Source: Humidesulfovibrio sp.
GTDB taxonomy: Bacteria; Desulfobacterota; Desulfovibrionia; Desulfovibrionales; Desulfovibrionaceae
NCBI RefSeq assembly: GCF_031082295.1
Contig: NZ_JAVHLD010000002.1
Coordinates: 40,976 to 104,975, forward strand
Reading direction: 5' to 3'
Length of the DNA: 64,000 nt
Position 1 is the stretch's first letter; every line of letters starts with the position of its first letter. The notes under the pieces are model-generated. The model searched no databases. It had not been told where the DNA came from and saw only the letters and a list, made by a program, of their open reading frames with translations. Made by a program: the position numbers and the translations under genes. Below are positions 1 through 8,900 of the stretch, in pieces.

Positions 1-208
1 CATCGTCTCCCGCGTGAGCCTGGACGAGTCCGGCAAGGTCCCTGCGGACGCCTTTGTGTCCGAGGAGGTCAAAGGCCTGGCCGTCTCCGTGGCCAAGGCA
101 CCTGGAGAAAAATGCCAGCGTTGCTGGCGCTATGAGGAAAACCTGGGCTCCGCTGAAGACCATCCGGAGATCTGCCCCCGCTGCACCGCAGTGGTCCAGG
201 GACTGTAG
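1..208 (+). CDS. ileS: Isoleucyl-tRNA synthetase, C-terminal fragment (5' end outside window)
   Basis: C-terminal Zn-finger GEKCQRCWRY...ICPRC typical of type 1 IleRS; directly upstream of lspA (classic ileS-lspA order). Confidence 0.92.
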   Translation, partial: IVSRVSLDESGKVPADAFVSEEVKGLAVSVAKAPGEKCQRCWRYEENLGSAEDHPEICPRCTAVVQGL

Positions 209-219
209 GAGTTTCCGGC

Positions 220-735
220 ATGGACCAGCGCCTCAAGACGGCGGCGCTCCTGGCCGCAGCCATCATCGTGCCAGACCAGATCACCAAAGCGGTGATCCAG
301 CAGAAATACGCCCTGTGGGCCTCGGATACAGTGATTCCAGGGTTCTTCAACATCGTGCACGTGCTGAACAAAGGCGCGGCGTTCGGTTTCCTGAACCAGC
401 CCGACACCGATTGGCAGACCGGATTCTTCGTGGCCGTGACCATCGCCGCTGTCGGCTTCATCTATTATCTGCTGAAGACCGCTGACGCTGGCGATCGCTT
501 TTTCATCTGGGGCCTGGGCCTTGTCCTTGGCGGCGCGCTCGGCAACCTCATCGACCGCCTGCGCACCGGGCTCGTGGTCGACTTTCTGGACTTCTACATC
601 GGGCCGTACCACTGGCCAGCCTTCAACGTTGCGGACATCGCCATCACCTGTGGAGCTTTTGCGGTGCTCATGTCCATGTACATGCAGAACAAACGCGAAA
701 GACCCCCCAAAAACAGGCGCACAAGCGCGCCCTAG
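220..735 (+). CDS. lspA: Lipoprotein signal peptidase II
   Basis: NKGAAFG, GNLIDR, VVDF and FNVAD motifs; four hydrophobic segments. Confidence 0.97.
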   Translation: MDQRLKTAALLAAAIIVPDQITKAVIQQKYALWASDTVIPGFFNIVHVLNKGAAFGFLNQPDTDWQTGFFVAVTIAAVGFIYYLLKTADAGDRFFIWGLGLVLGGALGNLIDRLRTGLVVDFLDFYIGPYHWPAFNVADIAITCGAFAVLMSMYMQNKRERPPKNRRTSAP

Positions 736-756
736 TCTGCGCCCAAGGGAGCGAAC

Positions 757-981
757 ATGTTTTTTTCATCGCCTCAGCTCACGACCATGCATTGGGTCGC
801 CATCCTGTTCGGCGGAGCCCTGTTCGTGGGACTTACCTGCTACAGCATCTACGACGCCCTGCGTCGAGACTTCGGCTCCACCAACGCCAAGCTTGCCTGG
901 GTGCAGCTTTCCGTGCTTGTTCCCTTTTTTGGCGGACTGGCGTATCTTATCTTTGGAAGAAAAAGAGGGAGAAAGATATGA
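757..981 (+). CDS. Small two-TM membrane protein, PLDc_N (phospholipase D N-terminal)-like
   Basis: 74 aa, two hydrophobic helices, W...VPFFGGLAYLIFGR pattern; ATGA overlap with the next gene. Confidence 0.7.
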   Translation: MFFSSPQLTTMHWVAILFGGALFVGLTCYSIYDALRRDFGSTNAKLAWVQLSVLVPFFGGLAYLIFGRKRGRKI

Positions 982-1904
982 AGACATTCAGCTGCCGTAA
1001 CGCGCTGCTCAGCCTTGTTTGCGCCGGACTCCTCGGAGGATGCGCCAGCAAGAGCGACATGGAGACCCTCCAGAACCAAGCCTATCGTGACCGCCAGGAG
1101 AGCCGCAAGACCATTCAGCGCCTTGAGGAAGAGCTTGCCAAGAGCCAGGAGGTACTTCGCGAAGACATCCAGAAATCGACCTCCCCGGTGCAGGCCCGCC
1201 AGGCCAACACCTGGGCCGAGCTTGAAGCCTTGCGCGTGCAGGTCGCCAAGCAGCAGGAAAAGCTCGAAACTCTGACCATGAAGTTCAACGCGCTGACCAG
1301 CGCACAGGGCGAAGGCCCCAGCCTGGCCGACACCGTTCGCGACGTTCAGAACATCAAGGTCGCGCTACAGAGCCAGTTCGGCCTGGAGCTCGACTCCACC
1401 CCGACAGCCGCTGTCGCTGCCGCTCCGGCGGATGCAGCTGTTGCCACTGCCGACAAGGCCAAGGCGGCCACCAAGACCGAGACCGCGAAGCCCAAGGCAG
1501 CGGAAGAACCCAAGGCCGATCCCAAGACCAACACCGCCGACGCATTGTTCGCCAAGGCCGAAGCCGCCTTCAAGGCCAAGAAGTACGAGGAGGCGAGCCA
1601 GTATTACTCGGAGTTCGCCACGGCCTTCAAGAAGCACCCCAACACCTCACAGGCCGTGTTCTGGGTTGGCGAATGCGCGTACAACCTGCAGGACTACGGC
1701 AAGGCCGTGCTGGCCTACCAGGAAGTCATCGAGAAGTACCCGCGCAGCACCAAGTACAAGCCCGCTGTGCTCAAGCAGGGCATGGCCTTTTTCAAGATCG
1801 GCAAGGACAAGGCCGGCCGGGCCGTTTTGCAGGACCTGATCGACCGCTTCCCTAAGGACCCCGAGGCCACCGTCGCCAAAAAGTTTCTCAAGGAGCACAA
1901 GTAG
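978..1904 (+). CDS. Tol-Pal-associated YbgF/CpoB-like TPR lipoprotein
   Basis: Lipobox LGGC, N-terminal coiled coil, Ala/Lys/Pro linker, three C-terminal TPRs (FWVGECAYNLQDYGKA...YP.S.K...A.LK.GMAF). ATG at 978 chosen over the longer ORF-track start. Confidence 0.8.
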   Translation: MKTFSCRNALLSLVCAGLLGGCASKSDMETLQNQAYRDRQESRKTIQRLEEELAKSQEVLREDIQKSTSPVQARQANTWAELEALRVQVAKQQEKLETLTMKFNALTSAQGEGPSLADTVRDVQNIKVALQSQFGLELDSTPTAAVAAAPADAAVATADKAKAATKTETAKPKAAEEPKADPKTNTADALFAKAEAAFKAKKYEEASQYYSEFATAFKKHPNTSQAVFWVGECAYNLQDYGKAVLAYQEVIEKYPRSTKYKPAVLKQGMAFFKIGKDKAGRAVLQDLIDRFPKDPEATVAKKFLKEHK

Positions 1905-1940
1905 CCCCGGTTTCGTGCCGGGCCTTGTTTGGAGCGCAGC

Positions 1941-2384
1941 ATGACTGAAGAAGCCAACGGTTTCCGCAAGATCGTCTACCTGTCCTTCCCGCCGGAGGCT
2001 TCCAACCGGCCTGTGGTCTGCAACCTTGCCCTGCTGTTCAACTTGAGCTTCAACATCCTCAAGGCGGACATCAGCCCCAGGCACGAAGGCTCGCTCACTC
2101 TTGAGCTCGCCGGGCGCGAGGTGGACTACCACAAGGGCATCTCCTACCTGAAACAGAACGGGGTCAAAATTACTCCGGCGTCCCAAAAGATATTCCGCGA
2201 CGAGGAGTTGTGCATGCACTGCGGCCTGTGCACGTCGCTTTGCCCAACCAAGGCCTTAAGCGTGAACCTCGAAAACCGTATCGTTGAATTCGACGTAGAG
2301 CGGTGCTCGGCCTGCGGCATGTGCACCCGCGTCTGCCCTGTGCGGGCCATGATCGTTGACATGAACGAGAACGACCTGCGCTGA
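1941..2384 (+). CDS. NIL domain plus 2x[4Fe-4S] ferredoxin
   Basis: N-terminal FNILKA NIL motif; CMHCGLCTSLCP and CSACGMCTRVCP. Confidence 0.88.
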   Translation: MTEEANGFRKIVYLSFPPEASNRPVVCNLALLFNLSFNILKADISPRHEGSLTLELAGREVDYHKGISYLKQNGVKITPASQKIFRDEELCMHCGLCTSLCPTKALSVNLENRIVEFDVERCSACGMCTRVCPVRAMIVDMNENDLR

Positions 2385-2406
2385 TTGCTTTCTGGAGGCT
2401 TGCATT

Positions 2407-3141
2407 ATGGACGAAGCAAAACTCTCCCATGAACTCATGCAACGCGTGGCCGACCAGATTACGGCTGAATTGCGCGAGACCTTGAGCGTTACGGTGGAGC
2501 GCGAGATCAACAAGATTCTCTCCAGTGCGCTCGTCGAGGGAGAATTCTATCGTCGCGTCAACGAGGACCTGCAGAAAGGCTTCAAAGAGATCTACCAGGA
2601 AATCAAGCACGCCAAGACCGGAAACGGCAACTCGCAGCCTGTGCTGAACGAAGACCCCAACGAGCTCTTCAGCCAGGCATCCAACCAGCTGGATGCCATA
2701 ATGCAGACGACCGAAACGGCGACGGTCAAGATCATCGACACCATCGAAAACCTGCAGACCCTCTCCGACACCCTCGCCCGCATCGTCAAATCCTTTGAAA
2801 AGGGCGGCGTGTCCAAAGCCGAGCGCGAACAGTTAAGCGACATCAACTCCAGCCTGAGCCAGGATCTCATGTCCATAATGACGACCTTGAGCTTTCAGGA
2901 CCTGACGGGCCAACGCATCAAGATAATCATTGAAACCATTAAAAAGATTGAGAAAATTGTCCTTGATGTCTACATGACCACGGGGCTAATGATCAAGGCG
3001 CACACCGAGGCGCCGGACACCAAGGCCGATTTCAGCCGCCTGCAGGCACAGGCCAAGAACAAGCTTTCTGAATTGCAGGGTCCTCAACTAGACAGCAGCC
3101 AGGGTTCGGTGGATGATCTTTTGGCCAGCATGGGCCTCTAG
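2407..3141 (+). CDS. CheZ-like chemotaxis phosphatase
   Basis: QLDAIMQTTETAT helix, LSFQDLTGQRI (DxxxQ catalytic motif), C-terminal Q..VDDLLASMGL peptide; GGAGG RBS. Confidence 0.8.
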   Translation: MDEAKLSHELMQRVADQITAELRETLSVTVEREINKILSSALVEGEFYRRVNEDLQKGFKEIYQEIKHAKTGNGNSQPVLNEDPNELFSQASNQLDAIMQTTETATVKIIDTIENLQTLSDTLARIVKSFEKGGVSKAEREQLSDINSSLSQDLMSIMTTLSFQDLTGQRIKIIIETIKKIEKIVLDVYMTTGLMIKAHTEAPDTKADFSRLQAQAKNKLSELQGPQLDSSQGSVDDLLASMGL

Positions 3142-3169
3142 CAGGGCCGGTATCGCCTTTGGTTTCGCC

Positions 3170-3198
3170 TTGACAGCGGCTGGCCGACACTGTAGCCA
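3170..3198 (+). promoter_or_regulatory. Possible sigma70 promoter of the tRNA
   Basis: Perfect TTGACA at 3170-3175; only a weak -10 (TAGCCA) 17 nt downstream. Confidence 0.35.
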
Positions 3199-3209
3199 TT
3201 CACCCTCGC

Positions 3210-3286
<77 letters not shown>

Positions 3287-3291
3287 TTTTC

Positions 3292-3317
3292 AGGCCGCCC
3301 CACAGGCGGCCTTTTTC
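3292..3317 (+). terminator. Intrinsic terminator after the tRNA
   Basis: AGGCCGCC-ccaca-GGCGGCCT stem followed by a T run. Confidence 0.75.
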
Positions 3318-3413
3318 ATGTCAAACCGGCGTGTTCAAGGCGGTCTCCGTGGCAGCCATTATCTCGGCGCTTCGCGCCCCTTCGCAGAACGACCTAATAT
3401 GACGGGAGGACTC

Positions 3414-3920
3414 ATGCGCGAGAGTATCATGATCGCTGTCTTGGCAATCTCTGTCTCAGCGTGCGCCTTCAAAGCGCCCAGCGCGGAAGCGGTCCTCAAA
3501 CCGACTCGAGGCAACACCGCCAGCGGCACCTTGAGTTTTGAGCAACAAGGCGGCAGCGTGTTCATCAAGGGTCAATTTGCAGGGCTCACCCCCGGAGCGC
3601 ACGGGTTCTCCATACACGCCAAGGGCGATTGCACCGCCGCGGATGCCTCCAGCGCCGGTGGGCACTTCAACCCTTTCGGCAAACGCCATGGCTCGCCCTC
3701 CATGCCGAACCACCACGCCGGGGATCTGCCCATGCTTGTGGCCGGGACCAACGGCAAGGCGCAGTTCCAGGCGCTCATGGACGGGATCAGCCTTGAGGAC
3801 AGCCCGAACGGAATTCTTGGGCGTAGCGTCATCATCCACGCCAAGCCAGACGACTTCACCACGCAACCAGGCGGAAACTCTGGGCCAAACGTTGCCTGTG
3901 GCGTCATCCAAGCGCGTTGA
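3414..3920 (+). CDS. Cu/Zn superoxide dismutase-family lipoprotein with degenerate active site
   Basis: Lipobox-like VSAC; GGHFNP, HG.P, HAGDLP, GRSVIIH and ACGVI motifs; GFHIH reads GFSIH and the catalytic Arg position is Asn; GGAGG RBS before ATG 3414. Confidence 0.85.
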   Translation: MRESIMIAVLAISVSACAFKAPSAEAVLKPTRGNTASGTLSFEQQGGSVFIKGQFAGLTPGAHGFSIHAKGDCTAADASSAGGHFNPFGKRHGSPSMPNHHAGDLPMLVAGTNGKAQFQALMDGISLEDSPNGILGRSVIIHAKPDDFTTQPGGNSGPNVACGVIQAR

Positions 3921-3938
3921 GGCAGATCACCGCAAATG

Positions 3939-3968
3939 AAAAGGGCCCCGGCACGCCGGAGCCCTTTT
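3939..3968. terminator. Bidirectional intrinsic terminator between the sodC-like gene and the MCP
   Basis: AAAAGGGC.CCGGC-ac-GCCGG.GCCCTTTT hairpin flanked by A and T runs between convergent genes. Confidence 0.8.
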
Positions 3969-3989
3969 GATTTGTGTACTGACAAAGGA

Positions 3990-5753
3990 TCAGCCTCGTG
4001 CGGTCCCCGACGAAGCCTTTCCAAGGTTGATGTCAGCGGCCAGAACACCTGCGATGGCGCCATCGGGGCTGAGGATCGGCGTGGACACGGTGATGCAGTT
4101 TTCACCCGTTGCACTCGACAAGTAGACATCCGAAACGATGGTTCCACGCATTTCCACCGGCTGGCGGAACCAGGCCCGCGTCCCCCAGTTCTTGCCCACG
4201 GCGCTGCCGTCCACGACGATGCCGGAGTCTCCGCGTCCGATGTTGGACACGATCTGCCGCCCGTCGGCATCCGTAATGTACAAAAGTTCAAAGGACGGGT
4301 TGAGCTTGAGCGTCTCGCGCATGGCCTGTTCCTGTTCATCACGGCGCATGGAGCGCACGGAAGGCTGCGTTGCCATATCCTCCAGAATATGCTGAATGCT
4401 GCCGCCGCCGATGAGCTGGAACACGGCGTTCATGGCCTCCAGCTCCACAACACGCTCAAGCAGCAGGTCCACCGCCAGTGATGCATTTTGCGCCCCCTCG
4501 TAGCTCGCTTCCGAAATGCCGCTCACCTGCCGAACGATGCGGCTGATCCGCTCTCCTGTCGCGGCCTGGCTGCGGGTGTCTTGGGCGATTTCGCTGATAT
4601 GCGCTGCAGAACTGCCTGACAACTCAACAATTTCGCGCAGGGCGTCACCGGAGCTCTTGGCCAGCGCAACAGCCTGGTCGACACGCTGCGAGGTCTCCTG
4701 CATGTCGCGCCCGGTGCGCTCCACCCCATCCTGAATGCCCTTGATGTGGTCCGCCACGTCACGGGTCGCATTCATGGTCTTTTCAGCAAGCTTTCGCACC
4801 TCATCGGCCACAACAGCGAAGCCGCGACCGGCATCGCCAGCGCGAGCGGCCTCGATCGCGGCGTTCAAGGCCAGCAGGTTTGTCTGGTCGGCAATATCGC
4901 TGATGACCTCCATGATGCGTTCCACGTCACGGGCCTGGCTGCCCAGGTCGCGCACAACCTCGGCAAGGTCCTCGGCCTTGCGTTCCACCAGGCGGATTGA
5001 CTGGACGGTTTCGTCAACAACCTTGGCCCCGCCAAGAGCACGATCACGCGCCGACTGGGCCTGGATTACAGCGCGGTCAGAGCCGTTCTGCATTTGCGAA
5101 AATGCGCTGTCCAATCCGTCCATTGCCTGCACCGCCTCGGCCACCAGCCGCTGCTGATCCTTGGCGCCATTACCGGCAGACTTTGACAAGGTGCGCAGGT
5201 TGTCGCTTGAACCGTGAATACCCTCAATGGCAACACCAAGAGTCCGTGCGGCAGACAAGAGTCCGTCGCGACGGGACGCCTCGGAACTCTCACGAATGAA
5301 CACTGCTTCTTGCCGCGCCACATTCAGAGCCTTCTCCTGGTCCGCGAGCAACGCGCGCAGTTCAGCTTCGGTCTTTGCCGCCGCTTCCAACCGGTCGAGC
5401 GCTGCGTAAAGAGTTTGCTCAAACATGACAGAACTGTCGCCCGTTGCCGACAGTTGGCCAATGCCTGTGAACAATTTTGAAGAAGACAATTTTGCACGGA
5501 TCGACAACGATAAGGCACTATCATTACGGGCGGTTAAGATTGACACAACGACCAACACCATACCGCTCGCCACGAGCAGCACCCCCATGCCGAGGCTAAA
5601 ATCCAGGGCAATGGTTTGCAAAAACGTTAACTTTGAAACACCGGCAGCAACGTCGTCCTTGCCTGGCGCGGCTGCAACCACAAAGCCGGTGAGCACACAC
5701 AACGCACCGATTACATTAGAAATTATCAACTTTGACCGAACGCCCATATTCAT
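3990..5753 (-). CDS. Methyl-accepting chemotaxis protein with C-terminal Cache/PDC-like domain
   Basis: [37 protein letters not shown] hairpin; two N-terminal TM segments; C-terminal LYITDADG...R.WF...S.VY.S.ATG..CITVS.PI....GVLAADI; GAAGGAG RBS before ATG 5753. Confidence 0.93.
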   Translation of the reverse strand: MNMGVRSKLIISNVIGALCVLTGFVVAAAPGKDDVAAGVSKLTFLQTIALDFSLGMGVLLVASGMVLVVVSILTARNDSALSLSIRAKLSSSKLFTGIGQLSATGDSSVMFEQTLYAALDRLEAAAKTEAELRALLADQEKALNVARQEAVFIRESSEASRRDGLLSAARTLGVAIEGIHGSSDNLRTLSKSAGNGAKDQQRLVAEAVQAMDGLDSAFSQMQNGSDRAVIQAQSARDRALGGAKVVDETVQSIRLVERKAEDLAEVVRDLGSQARDVERIMEVISDIADQTNLLALNAAIEAARAGDAGRGFAVVADEVRKLAEKTMNATRDVADHIKGIQDGVERTGRDMQETSQRVDQAVALAKSSGDALREIVELSGSSAAHISEIAQDTRSQAATGERISRIVRQVSGISEASYEGAQNASLAVDLLLERVVELEAMNAVFQLIGGGSIQHILEDMATQPSVRSMRRDEQEQAMRETLKLNPSFELLYITDADGRQIVSNIGRGDSGIVVDGSAVGKNWGTRAWFRQPVEMRGTIVSDVYLSSATGENCITVSTPILSPDGAIAGVLAADINLGKASSGTARG

Positions 5754-5791
5754 GACTGCTCCTTCAAGCGTAAAACGATTGCCAGCGCTAA

Positions 5792-5807
5792 AGCAAATCA
5801 TGGACCA
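5792..5807 (-). promoter_or_regulatory. Candidate sigma54 (-24/-12) promoter of the MCP
   Basis: Minus strand TGGTCCATGATTTGCT: exact GG-N10-GC spacing and TTGCT, imperfect -24 box, about 40 nt upstream of the ATG. Confidence 0.4.
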
Positions 5808-5830
5808 TCGGTGCAGGGAAGATTATTATG

Positions 5831-5872
5831 TTGCAAGCGGTGTATCGTTCTTGCAAAATGATTCATGAATCA
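5831..5872 (+). promoter_or_regulatory. Candidate sigma70 promoter plus palindromic operator of the AsmA-CHAT operon
   Basis: TTGCAA-N17-CAAAAT (5831-5859); perfect palindrome TGATTCATGAATCA (5859-5872) over the predicted start site. Confidence 0.45.
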
Positions 5873-5927
5873 GGTTGGAAGCAAAACGCAGCCAGTCAAA
5901 ACCTGAGACGATACTTTTGGAGTCCAG

Positions 5928-8900
5928 ATGTCCGAGCAACGGCAAGACCAGCAAAGCTTCTTCCTCAAACGCAAGTGGTTGCGACGCCTGCTGTTTTGCC
6001 TTGCTGCAATTGCCGCACTTCTCGTTGCCGTCGTGCTTGCCATACCGGCCATGGTCAGTTCAGACTGGGCGCGGAACAAGGTGGAGCAGGCGCTCAGCGC
6101 CTCGACCGGCAAGGACGCGACCGTGCGTCAGCTCTCTTTCGGCTGGTCTGAGGGTCTGAACGTCGGTGGCCTGAATGTCGGGCAGGGCGGACTGGACGAT
6201 GAGGCTTTCCTGTGCTCGCTTGAGACCCTGAGTGTGAAGTTCGACTTTCTTAAAGCCCTGCGCAAGGATATGCACCTGACTGTGTCCGTCTCCGGCCTGC
6301 GCCTGCGCCAGATCGTTGAGCCCACACCCCCACACGCTGAACCCCAGCCAACTGAACTTCCCAAGCCCCTGCCGAAGCTGCTCAGGGACAGCCTTTCTGC
6401 GCTGCGCCAAGGCCTCAAGCCAAGCCCCAGGAGTGGTGATGCGCATATCCTGGTAGATGTTTCGGACATCGAGGCACGACTGATATTCGTCGCCGACAAC
6501 AGCACCCTCGACATCCGCGACGTGACCTTTCGCTTGAGTGTCCCCGGGCTCGCAAACGGCCCGGTACGACTCAATGCTGGTTTCAAGACGCTGCTTAATG
6601 GAAAGGAGCTGGCCCCGCTGAAGCTGGAGGCGCTGCTTGAGGGCCTCGTGGATGAAACCGGGCAGCTGAACCCGGCCCAAGCTCGCCTCAAGGCCAATGC
6701 CGAAGCGCCTGGCGTGGCTCTGCTGGCCCTGGGCAGCGTGGGCAAGGGCTTCAAGACCGACCTTCGCGTTGACTTGCGCAAACTTGCGCCCCTGCTGAAG
6801 CCCTTTGTCGGGTCAGCGCTCCCAGATGTCTCCGGTGCGCTGGCCATCGGGCTGACGGCTGCGCAACCAGACACGGACCATCTCAACCTTGGGCTTGTCG
6901 CTTTTGTTGATTCCTTGCGTGCCGCAGGCGGGCCGCTCGGTCCCAAGAGCGCTGGCCCTTTCGCCATGAACCTGCTGCAGGAGGCGAGCGTTGACCTCAA
7001 GACAGGCGCCATACAGCTGCCGGGCAAGCTTCGCCTGCTGAACAAAAGCACTGCAGACTGGCAGGGCGAGGTCACAGGCCTCAACGAAAGCCAACCCAAG
7101 CTGAACCTGAACGTCCACCCCATCCACCTGCAGCTCGACGAGTTGATGAACGCCGCACGCGCCTGGATTCCCCCCGGCATCAGCATTGCCGCCGCAACCC
7201 TGGACATTCAGAGCATGGTGCTCCAGGCCGCGTTGCCCACGAACGCCGGGGGCAAGCTCCAGGCACTAGCGTCCTTGAAAGACCTCAACCTTGAGGCCAA
7301 AAACGTTACCCGCACGTCCGGGCAAGAACGCCTGAGCATCGCACGTTCACAACTTGTCCTTGAGACCGCTCAGGTCGAACTGCCGGGCAAGGCTCCCGGG
7401 CAGCTTTCAGCCAAAGCGATGGTGACCGTTGAAGGCCTGCGCCAGCAGGGCAAGACGCCAGTGAGCGTGAAGCGCATGGCGCTGACGCACCTTGCCGCCA
7501 GGGTCGACGGTCTTGCCCAGGATTCGGCGGGATTGTTCGGCGTGCTTGGAGCTGCTGCCCTGGACATCACGGGAGAGGTCCAGGGCATCGACATCCCCAA
7601 AATGGCGCAGGTGCCCTCGCTGAAGCACACAGTTACCCTCCGCGCGGACCTGCCCGCCACGAAGTCCGCCACAGCCCGCCTTGAGGCACTGACTCTGGAC
7701 GCACCACGTCTGCGCGTGCTCCTGCCCGGCAAGCGCCCGGTCGATACTCCCCTTGCCCTGCATCTCAGCGTACCGGACATCAGCCTTTCCGATTCCTCGC
7801 CCATGGAGGTCGGCATCGCAGATGCCAAGCTGACCCTTGAGCTCGGGCAGGCCCTGCGTTTGCTGACCACTTCAAGCATGCAGGGAAAAGCGGTGCGCAG
7901 CTCCGGCACCATGACCTTGGACGTGCAACGCTTGCTGGCCTTGGCCACGCCACTGCTTCCGAGCAAGGCGCAAGGCTCGGGCGGTGTCGCGCTGGACTGG
8001 AAACTGTCCGCCGTCCTGCCGCAACCCCAGGGGCCGGTGCAGCAGCCGGTAAAACTCTCCAAGACCCTTGCGCGGCTTGATTTCCTGAAAGAGTTGGAAG
8101 CGGTGTTGACCCTTACCGACGTCAACCTGGACTGGCCCAAGGCAGGGACGGCCCAGGCCGGTGGCGGAAAGCCAGGCGACGTTCTGCGCTTGCGCTCGCT
8201 CAGCACCCCAAAGCCCCTGCGTGTGAACACTTCCGGTGGCCTGCGCGAGTCGAGCCTGCGTGGTTCACTGGCTTTTGGGCCGTTGGACGAACTCCCCGGA
8301 GTCGGGGCGTTGGCCAAGCCACTGCGCGGGCTCGTGACCGTCAACGCCGCGCAGCAAGGTCTTCGTTCGCTCCAACTCTCTGAGATTCTGCACACGGACG
8401 GCCTTGAACTTGACCAGAGCCTGAACATCGCCCTGGATCGCCTGGACCAGGTGCTGGACCGTGACAAAGACAGATTCGCCGCCATCCTGGAGCACGTGGA
8501 CGGCACCATCAGCTTCGCCGCCAAGACCGGACTGGCGACCCTGTCCGCCCAGGCGGGCAAGGCCCAGGCCGCACAGAAGCTCTCCGGCAAGGGCAACCTC
8601 GAGGCAGGATTCGACGCGAAGCTCTCCAGCGGCCGAAGCCTTGCCCTGTCCGCGCGCCTGCTGAGCCCCGGGCTTGACCTGAACCTTGGGCCGAACCTGG
8701 CCATTAGCGGCCTGACCAGTTCCCTGCGCCTGAACAAGCGCTATGCCCTCCAGCCCGGCCTGCGATGCGCCGGACCAAGCCACGAAGTGCTGCAGCCCCT
8801 TTCCGAGCAGGTCTTCGACCTGTTCCCGTCCTCCACCCCAAGCAGCAACTTTGCCGATGACGACAACGCAGTGGCGCACGCACGCCTAAGCGAGTTCCAG

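Noticed and set aside
1420-1540. Ala/Lys/Pro-rich quasi-repeats in the CpoB-like protein
   Set aside because: Ordinary low-complexity linker with no exact DNA tandem repeat
5876-5894. TGGCTGCGTTTTGC (minus strand) as a sigma54 site; also CGGCGCATGATATTGC at about 24720
   Set aside because: GG-to-GC spacing is 9 or 11 nt rather than the strict 10
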